A DNA stretch of 58,423 nucleotides, counting the filler, from Bipalium vagum (Eukaryota), in assembly GCA_037834085.1 (NCBI GenBank). It is 3 parts of 3 records of this genome, joined end to end, with 100 filler letters (N's around TTAATTAATTAA, not from the genome) between each part and the next. Parts side by side here need not be neighbours in the genome. Positions count along the whole stretch, not along the records: positions 39,701 to 58,423 come from JBBMKC010021412.1; 2 more parts are not named here. The stretch is one strand, 5' to 3'. Under the pieces are notes generated by a model. That model was not told the DNA's origin. It searched no databases and saw only the letters and a list, made by a program, of their open reading frames with translations. Positions 49,593 through 58,423 of the stretch are shown piece by piece. How positions within the stretch are numbered: position 1 is the stretch's first letter; the number at the start of each line of letters is the position of its first letter. The translations under genes were made by a program, and so were the position numbers.

Positions 49593-51482
49593 TACATTAA
49601 TTTTTCTTTTTTTTAGTTAAACTGAGTTCACAGAACACTTTAAACCATCTTAATAATGTTCTTTTTAACGCACACAAGATTTAAAAACAAATTTCCTACC
49701 ATCTGAGTGACCGCCGTAAAAGATTAAGACAGTGGCCGCTCACCCCAAATGGGACGGGCTGGATTCATGGGCCGCAAAATCTCCCTAAAATTCATAGATC
49801 CGATCTAGATGCAAGATTAGGATGAGGTATTAATAGCCGAGTCCATATGACAAATCGGCCTGTACATTCGAGTGCACTTAACTTCTCCCGATCCGACAGT
49901 TTTCAACAGTAATACTAGGTCATGGTAGTGGACACACTTAGTGAACATAACTCCCCAATGCCCAAGATTAAACTGAGAAGAACTGTTCTTACACTTTTTG
50001 ATTATAGCTATGAAGCTAACTATATATATATTTCTCTCATTTCTTCAGACTGCAAAGAAATATTTAGTCATATAAACCTTTTAATATCCAAAAAATGTTA
50101 ATAATTACAAACCATTTCAATTAATTTATTATTATTTAAAGTAAACATCCTTTTTTAAATTAATTAACTACAAATAAAAGGTATAAATAGAAATTCTACT
50201 TATTATTCTCGGTTATAATCTCTTAAAACTGATAATTGACGATAGAAATGAAGGTCTTTAAGAATTATGCAAAAATTTCCCACTTGAAATGCCCAGAACA
50301 AAAAAATGAAAACAATTTAAAATTAAAATTAACGATAAACATCTTCGTTGGAGTCTGAAGCATGTACAATCATTCACAATCCATTCACTAGAATTAAAGC
50401 CATTATTGGTAACACTATCTAAATTCACCATTATAATACATTTGATTGTGAGAGTTAATAATTATCTTTTAAAAATTTTCCTGTTAATCTGAGTAAAATG
50501 GAAACTGTCGGGTCAACAAGAGAATATATTCCCCACGTTCATATCTGAAATGAAAAAGAAAGGTTAAGTGATAGAGATTAATAAATATTATTTTTACTAT
50601 TATAATGTGAACCTTTTGATTGAAAAGAAAAATGGTTCACTATCTAGATAAAAAAATATTTAATTTAATGATTATTTGTACCTATTATTTGGTCTCATGT
50701 TTTCTTAAAAATTGTCCATAAAGGTCTTCTTTCATTTAATATTTATATCATATTTCAGTGTAAAATAATTTTATTATTAATAATTAAATTATAATTTAAA
50801 ATATTTTAGAAATTTAATAACGCATATTCAGTGATGGAATCTCGTTTAGAAAATTTTCTTTCAGTTTAAGATGTTCGAATAAAATCTGCAAGTCTAATAA
50901 AATAGAAATTCGTAAACCTCGTATGATTGGAGCACCAAGTAGTGGTGAAAGAACTGTGAGCAGGATATATTGCGCTTCCATATTGTTTACACTAAATTTC
51001 TTTTCTAAAAATGTATAAGAAAAGATTATGTAAATTTTTTAAAAATTATATCTCTAAAGAAACAAGTCATCATGAAGATTGAAAAAAATTTGTTCAGTAT
51101 GGATTCCACACATCTTGTCAGATCGAGTGGAGTGTGCCACAGAGACTCTTCGGAGTCAGGATCAAAATTCAATGGATGACTGCCTACGTTACTGGAAAAC
51201 AGAGGATGAAACTTGAATCTTATTATCTTATCTTAGCTTTCTATAAATTTATAGCTAGAATTCCAATTCAAAACAGAAAAAAACATAAAGGTCTACCTGA
51301 ATAGGAAACTAGGAAAATAATACTTTAAGAGTTTTCTGCAAATTTTACGTGGTATAGCCAAAATACAATGAATGAATGAAGGACTAATAAATGAATAGAT
51401 TGATATCGCCAATAATGTCAATTGCAAAACTGCATTATTTTCACAAAAGTTTTAATTATTCGCTTTATTAACAAAATTTCAA

Positions 51483-51843
51483 ATGCATTTCTTTTCAATA
51501 TTGGCAACAACAACATTGCAATTAATTGTTTTGTCAAATGGACTAAGTATTTTGGAAAAAGTAAGTTCAATGGGGCTGCCATGTTATCTACCATATTTGG
51601 ACGGGGAAAGAAATTGTTTCAGAAACATGACATGGATATTACTTAATAGCTCATATGTTCCTAACAGCAATGTGGATAAAATGGATACCTTAGATGTTGG
51701 AATTGGAAAGATAAAGTGTTTACAAAACAAGAACTGCTTCAGTATCGATTTAGACGATGTCAGTATTTTCTTTAACAGTTATTCAAAAGAGTATGCGGAA
51801 GGAGAATCCTATGAGTATTTGTTCGTCCTACTTTGTTGCAATG
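51483..51843 (+). CDS. Putative first exon of a secreted Cys-containing protein with a degenerate PAN/apple-like motif (possibly a pseudogene)
   Basis: Signal-peptide-like N-terminus, KCLQNKNCFSIDL motif, donor G|GTAAAAG at 51844. The candidate next exon at ~52269 contains a stop. Confidence 0.4.
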
Positions 51844-52319
51844 GTAAAAGTTTTCTGATTAGTGTCATAACTATTTTGCATTTTTTAATAATAATGAAAG
51901 TCCTAAATTTCTAATCGATATAAAAAAATAATCAATAATTTTACAAATTTAATCAATCCTCTCGAAATAAAATTATTAAAAGAAAAAATACTCCACATCA
52001 TTATTGCTGTTCTTTATTCTTGAGATTTTTCTTGGAACTCAAATTATTGTTCATTCATGGGTTTTTTATCCTAATCAAGCACAGTTAAGGAAGAACTTAT
52101 TTTATATCAAGCAAATTAAGCATGGAACACATCTTGTTAAAACTAGTTTTAATCAAAACACAAAAAGGAAAATGCATTTAAAAAAGATGTGGAAATATAA
52201 ATTTAAATAATGAAATTTAAATAAATTTAAATACGAAATGATCCGTGGGGATATTTTCATATTTATAGATAAAAATGTATAATGTTACAAACGTTGGAAT
52301 TCAATCATTGAAATTGCAA

Positions 52320-52500
52320 CAGATCGGCCAAAGCCTGTTGATGTATAGGTTTCTATAGCGACTTCTACCTTTTCAGAAACCTAAAGCAATTTCTCCGGGG
52401 TAAGCATTTTAAATCAAATGAAGAAGCTATGGCATCCGTAGACCAGTATACATAGGTATACATAAGCAAAACATTTTAGCAAGCTTTATTAAAAATTGTT
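52320..52500 (+). mobile_element. Mariner C-terminal fragment
   Basis: SDFYLFRNLKQFLRGKHFKSNEEAMASVDQY. Confidence 0.75.
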
Positions 52501-53280
52501 ATATTTATCAATGTGAGGACATGTGGAATTATTTGGAATCTTCGCATATACTAATATTCTTGATGAGATTATTAGAGTTGGTCAGTCACGAATAATTTCA
52601 AAAATTATTATCAAATTCATAGAAGTATTACCGCATTCTTCCGTTTATCTTGACTAACTGCCAAATGCTTTTAATCTTCTTGTAACAGTTAAAAAACTTC
52701 AAATAAACCGGGAAACTAAATAATTATAAACAAAGGTTTGTAGATTGATATAAACTAATTATGTATAAAAGTTAAATATTTGATTAATAAAGTTTTATTA
52801 AAATTGATTTTTCATTTTTCTCAAAATTCAGAACAAACTTTTGCAATGAAAATATATTTTTGGAAAAAATTGATTTGTTAAAATGTAATTGCACTTAACA
52901 ATTTCAGAACTCAAATAAAAATCATTGTGAAAAATCCTCAATATTTTAAATTTCTTAAAGATTGAACCCAAATAATGAATAATTAAATCATTTCAATATA
53001 ATTATTTCATTTTAAAATTATTATTTATTTATTATTTATTATGCATTGTTAGATTTATGATCATGTAATTTTGTTATTTAAAATAAAATATCTTCTTTCA
53101 ACTGTGTTGTTTTAATTTTTAATTTTTGTTCATATTTCTAAATAAATTTTAAAAATGTACTTACAGTTCTAAACTTTAAATAGTTTTAGAGCTTCCACAA
53201 TTTCAGTAATTGAATATTCATTATATATCTCTATTATTATTATATATAAGAATATATATTGACTGTATATATATACAAAA

Positions 53281-53324
53281 TTGATTGAAGAAGATCTGAA
53301 AGAAGAGATCGAAACATTTATCAA
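53281..53324 (+). ncRNA. Minimal type I hammerhead ribozyme of the Penelope type (variant or decayed)
   Basis: Stem I TTGA/TCAA; core TTGAAGA plus one extra A; stem II GATCT/AGATC; GAAA; 1-bp stem III with CATT loop; UH = TA. Lies upstream of a PLE ORF remnant. Confidence 0.65.
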
Positions 53325-53329
53325 GGTAG

Positions 53330-53950
53330 TGGTATAAATAAAATTTTGCGTGTTCAAAAATTTTTTTAAAAGCGTAAAACGCTTATTTGGGATATAGAAA
53401 GAATTATTTAAAATTTGAAAAACACAATTTGTAGTTAGTCTTTCTAATTGAATGTCGATTTCAAATATTAACACCAATATTCATTAGTATATTGAAAATA
53501 TCTTATGTATTAACACTTGAAGATCGTTGTCAAGTTCACAAGAAATCATTGAACAGAAGAATAGAATCAATGGAAAATGATAATGTGCAAACTATTCAAT
53601 ATTCAGAATATTTGTCAGTTGTATCATTGAAGAATCAAAATACTAAATATAAGAACTCAGATCAAAACATCTAAAGAAATTTAAAGATTTAATGAAAGAA
53701 AACGATTATAATGAGTTTAATGTAGAAAATACAGCCATTAATCTCTCAAATATTCAATAATCAAAAGAGGAACTGACAATTCTTAAATATGGACCAAATC
53801 ATGGAATAAAGGCAACAAAAAATCCAGTCAAATTAAAAGCTAAAATAGAAAAACTTTGTAAAGACATTATATTGAGAAATGTGGAAATGAAAGGTAGTGT
53901 AGTTGACAAGATTAATAGTTTAAAGCAATCAACAGAAAAATATTAAAAAA
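53330..53950 (+). mobile_element. Penelope-like element 5' region remnant
   Basis: AINLSNIQ*SKEELTILKYGPNH matches the NLS..LS..E..LL.KGLNF motif that precedes PLE reverse transcriptases; adjacent hammerhead. Confidence 0.7.
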
Positions 53951-54657
53951 GTAATGATATACATAATTTATAATAATTATTATTCTTATTATACTATATT
54001 ATTATTATATTCAATTTATCAAATATAGAAAATTATAAAAGGATATAAAATTATCTAGAAATTAGTTTAAATTTAAAAATTAAAAAATTCACAACTTTTT
54101 GTACGATTAGCAAAATAAGTGTTTGATGTAATTAAATTTTTTGTATAGGATTTTTTTATATGATCATTTTTTATCATCATAAATGGAGCAAAAAGTGAAG
54201 TGTTTTTTAATTCTACTTGATATTTTAGAAATATAGACTTATGACATCCGTCTTACATTTCTTGTAGTACTATTATAAATTGAGATTTTATCACATCGTT
54301 TTTCATTAACAATAACATTTTCGATTTTACAAAATATATGAAAAAAAAATTTTTATTTTCTTTTTTAAAAAATGACTGATTCATATTTTTGTAGTTTGTA
54401 TTAAAAGTATTTCAAAATATAAGAAGAGTAAACATTTAAAGACAAATATACATTTTTAAAAAGATTGCTAATAAAAGTACTATTTAAAAAAGTACTAATA
54501 AAAGTATTATTGAAAAATTATATGAAAAATATCCAAAATATTTTATTAAGACTGGCGGTGATATTCAGAAAACTATTTCAAATAATAAATTTTTAAAATA
54601 ATTTACGACATGGGGAATTAAATTTTAAATCTTTTAAACTATTTTAATAAAACAAAT

Positions 54658-55350
54658 CCAGTTCACAATTTTACTGGAGTTGGAACGCATATTGATAAAA
54701 GATTAGAAAACTATAATTAAATAATAAAACATTACAATGAAACTGGAAAACTAGATATACCTCCAATTCAAAAACCCGGTTCAATTCCAATAAATAGAGT
54801 GAATCAAGGTGCAATGAAACATGATGTAAAATATATTTCAAAAGATGTAAAAGATCAGGCATATTGCTGATGTTGAAATGATTCATGAAATGAACAATAT
54901 TCAAAATCCTACACCAAGAGAGAAATTATAAAGAGCTTTAGTAAAATTAATTATGAAGGGAAAAGTAGCTTTTGGATTGGGTTTTCAAAGAGCTACTAAA
55001 CATATTTTAAATAAGCAACTATTTGAAGACAAAGAAAAATAAAAACCAGAAAATAAAAAACAGTTAGAAAATGAGCTTCATAAAAAATTAAGAAAACCTA
55101 AACAGTATCTTGAGGTTAAAGTTTTTAATAAAGATGATATTTGGACAGCAGATATAACATTTATACCAGGAGAAAAACCTTTTAAAATAATTGTGTAAAT
55201 AAAAGTATTTGATTTATACACAAGATACGCTTTTGCTATACCTTTAAAAAATAAAACTGGAAAATCTTTAACAGATGCATTTGATACAATATTTGGAGGC
55301 TATCAAAATAAACCAGAAAAATTATGGGTTGATAAAGATACTGAATTTTA
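54658..55350 (+). pseudogene. PLA2-like (parvoviral VP1u-type) domain fused to a Polinton integrase, disrupted
   Basis: HNFTGVGTHIDKRL...PINRVNQGAMKHDVKY...RHIADVEM...MKGKVAFGLG, then ELHKKLRK..VKVFNKDDIWTAD...DLYTRYAFAIPLKNKTG...KPEKLWVDKDTEF. Confidence 0.88.
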
Positions 55351-55959
55351 AAAAAGAAAATATTATTGTAAGTAATTAATGAACTCAAAGATAACGTTGA
55401 AGAAACTGAGGAACAAAAAGGAGGCTCTGTACTTCCTTTGATTACAATTCGTGGAAAGATCTTTAGGTGCGGCTGGTGAAGTTGCTGCAACAGTTGTTTA
55501 AAAAGAAAAAGAAGGTAAAAAACAGATTTGAAAAAAAAGTTAGAAATGGAAATTCAGAAACTGTAACCAAAAGTAACAAGGAAAACTCTAGGAAACAAAA
55601 CTTTCACAACTGGAGAGGGTTTTTATTTTGATATTTCTAAAGGACGTGGTTTATACTTCGATCCATATTTTGGAAAAGGATTAAGAGATTCAATTTAAAA
55701 TAGTTCATAATATGATAATTTAGATAAATCTGAAAAAAAATAATTAAAAGAATTATTACAAAAATTGAATAAGAATAACATTAAAATGATGAAACAAGGA
55801 AATGGTTTATATTTTGACTTGGCATAGCTCTTGACAGCTTCGTTGGATCCTTACAAAAAGGATTAAAAATATTTTTCCAGATTTTATTTTAAAAATGTTA
55901 TTAAATTTACTTGAATTCTTCTGTAAATATAGAGTTAATACAAGTTAATTGTATACAAG

Positions 55960-56330
55960 GTTTGATTTAATAGATATTTCTGAAAAATATAGAGTTGTCT
56001 TTAAAAGTTTTAAGGAAAGATGAGATTACTGAAAAAAGAATGAAATCTGAAAAATCATTAATTATTAATTATCAAAATTTAAATCAAAAAGGAATTCATT
56101 GGGTTTGATATTACAATGGTTATTACTTTGACTCTTATGACTTACCACCTCTTTTGAAGATTTAGAAAAACATGTTAAAGAGTATAATAAATTTGATTTT
56201 CAAAGCACGGCTGACTTAAGTAATTGTGAACAATTAACTTTTTGTGGTTTATACAAATTATTTAATAATATTGATTTTTCTAAAATACTATTTGAAATAG
56301 GAGACTTGAGCACTACGCTCTTAGAGGCAA
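55960..56330 (+). pseudogene. Adenain-like (Polinton) cysteine protease remnant
   Basis: LIINYQNLNQKGIHWV*..YYFDSYDLPP...YNKFDFQSTADLSNC, with H, D, Q and C in catalytic order. Confidence 0.82.
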
Positions 56331-57439
56331 AGCATCAATAGAAATATTAAAATGGAAAATAATTTTACATATTTTAAAAATCCTTAGTTTTATAATGATT
56401 ATAAAAGTAGAAATTATAAATTATAAGAAGAAATAACTTTCATTCAAACTGAATCTGAAAATAAATTTTTAAATGTTACTGGTGATGCTATGACAGAAAT
56501 TATAATTATGAATAATAATAAAATAATAAAGGTTTGGAACAAAAAATCCAAAAAATGATATTGATGTTGTAGATTTAAAATATTTGAAACAAGTTATGAA
56601 AGATTTATTAAAGGAAATTAGTGTAAATAGAATAGTAATTATAGAAAATAATTCTCTTTTATTTAATATTCAAAGTGAAGTAAAATTATATGAAGAAGAA
56701 AAAAATAAAATAATAACTGAACTAGAAAACATTGAAAAAAAAATTTACAATATAATTCTAAAGAAGGACAAAAAGGTTAGAAAGGAATAAAAAGAAATCT
56801 TGAATAAAAATATTCTAAATTTAACAAATATCTTATATCATTTGTTGAAACATTCAAAAAGTGGGGAAATGATTTAACAAAATTAAATTCAAAAGATTTT
56901 AAAACAATTAAAAATAATATCAAAGTTATCATTTAATTATATTAAAAATCTTAAAAATCTTAATGAAAATACTTTTTTAAATATAAATAATATTTTTAAA
57001 AATAAATGAAATAGATACAAAATATTTTGAATTAAACAAAATCTCATATTTAAAAAATGTATTACCTGAATTAGAAAATATAAGAATATACTCCTTACAA
57101 GATATTAATAATTATCTAGAAATCGAAAATTATATTCTCCCTTGGGAAGATTAAAAATTTGATGTAATATATAATTTCTTATTTTTTAAATATATATATA
57201 TAGATATAATTTCTTAAATTTGTAAATTAAATATATTAACTAAATCACATAAATATTATTTTGTTTAATTTTAAAACTGAAGAACGAGAACTTCAATGTA
57301 AATAAAAGGGAAGCTTTAAATAATAAATTCGCTTTTCAAATAAAATAAAAGAATGTCATAAATATTTTCAAATAAAATAAATTTAAGATTTTTATTTAAA
57401 AATAAATAGTTGTAAACGTAATTGTAACCCATATTATAA

Positions 57440-57870
57440 TTCATAGAGATATTCCAGGAAATAGAATAAAATATAATGATTATCATAGAAATAGAAAACA
57501 AGAAAATCCAATGTTAAAATTTAAACAATATTTAAATACTAACTGAATTAGAGCTTTAAAATAACAAAGAGAGTTTAAACATTCAGAAGAATTATTTGGA
57601 TATAGTTTTGATTTTCTATATAAATGAATTGAATTTCAATTTTCTAATGGAATGACTTAGGAAATCAAAGAAAATATCATGCTTTACCAATTTCAAAATT
57701 TAATGTAGAAAATAAAATACATTTCAAATTTTGTAATAACAGGAAAAATTTAGAACCTTTAACTGGTCAAAAGAATTTATCAAAAAGAAATAAAGTAGAT
57801 TATTGGCAATATATCTTTCAAGAAATTAAAGCAAAATATTGTATAAAGGAATATGAAAAAGAAATGATAA
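57440..57870 (+). pseudogene. HNH-like endonuclease remnant of the large-DNA-virus/phage type
   Basis: YHRNRKQENPM...ALK...EELFGYSFDFLYK*IEFQFSNGMT*E / HALPISKF...NLEPLTGQKNLSKRNK...QEIKA. Confidence 0.7.
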
Positions 57871-58363
57871 TCTTTAATAATTTTTTAAAATAATATTTTA
57901 TTTATAATATATATTTTTATATATAATATTTATTTTACTTAATATAATATTTTCATTATCTTTCTAAAGACATATTAATAATGAAGCTATTATTTCATGG
58001 ATGAATAAAAATAACAGTTTTAAAAACAAAAAACTTTATGATTGGAACAAAAGAATAAATAAAGAAATTAGATTATAATAATTGGGTATGTTAATTTAAT
58101 ATGTTAAAATTTTTCTTTTATAAAATGAATAATTTTTTGCAAAAATTTAATATATTAAAACAACATATAATTTCAACTTCTAACGATGAAAGTTTAATTA
58201 TTGCTGTTAATTAAATTAATGATTTTTTTATTAATACATGATAATCTAACCCTATTTAACAATAATAAAAAAGTCAAAGATAAAGAAAAAAACACATCTA
58301 AAAACACATTTAATAGTAGTAATTAATAATGTGGAATTATCTAAAAGAATGTTGCGCATTGAT

Positions 58364-58423
58364 TAGAAGAATATTTATTATAGAAGAATATTTATTATAG
58401 AATTTATATAGAAGAATATTATA
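58364..58423. repeat. Short tandem repeat of TAGAAGAATATTTATTA (2 full plus partial copies)
   Basis: Direct inspection. Confidence 0.8.

Larger units (their letters stand above)
54650..57900 (+). mobile_element. Decayed Polinton/Maverick (adintovirus-like) segment
   Basis: Co-oriented remnants of a PLA2-like domain, retroviral-type integrase, GxG-motif ORF, adenain-like protease, fibre-like motif and HNH-like ORF. pPolB and capsid genes are not seen in the window. Confidence 0.88.

Noticed and set aside
49700-49993. SRP RNA, RNase P/MRP or telomerase RNA
   Set aside because: No SRP helix-8 motif, no RNase P CR-I/CR-V motifs and no clear telomeric template were recognised on either strand.
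54650-57900. Alternative genetic code (TGA/TAG = Trp, TAA = Gln) suggested by stops at conserved positions in TE and viral ORFs
   Set aside because: The same ORFs have frameshifts, both TGA and TAG replace TGG, and the intact host genes use TGG for Trp and TAA/TAG as stops. This fits AT-biased mutational decay.
1-58423. tRNA, rRNA, snRNA genes and CRISPR arrays
   Set aside because: No convincing cloverleaf, rRNA/snRNA signature or regularly spaced repeat-spacer array was seen by eye; a tRNAscan/Rfam run would be needed to exclude them fully.

Overview
Very AT-rich animal genomic DNA, rich in introns and transposons. The composition, (ATT)n tracts and TE mix resemble a planarian or other flatworm, but that is inference only. 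Two 100-nt artificial spacers (44N-TTAATTAATTAA-44N at 20078-20177 and 39601-39700) split the window into three probably unlinked contigs. Contig 1 carries 32 internal exons (~1,637 codons, 38 tandem EGF/cbEGF domains, no TB domains) of a large fibrillin-like extracellular protein, with start and stop not seen. Contig 2 is mostly decayed TEs: Ty3/gypsy LTRs with 4-bp TSDs, an RLE-type non-LTR element nested in a solo LTR, several mariners and a Penelope GIY-YIG fragment. It also holds one intact, intronless clan-2 cytochrome P450. Contig 3 holds a complete 11-exon carboxypeptidase B-like gene with nested Tc3-like and mariner elements in one intron, a Tc1 remnant and an orphan secreted PAN-like exon. 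It ends with a Penelope 5' end carrying a near-intact minimal hammerhead ribozyme and a decayed Polinton/adintovirus (PLA2-like domain fused to integrase, GxG-motif ORF, adenain-like protease, fibre-like motif, large-DNA-virus-type HNH). No clearly new biological system can be proven from sequence alone. The best leads are the hammerhead, the Polinton cargo, a recurrent LTR-associated mini-exon ending in [DS]Sx[KQ]-[LF]-[VI]-[IM]-D-[IV], recurrent GACTC/GAGTY hairpins and the LTR-flanked intronless P450.
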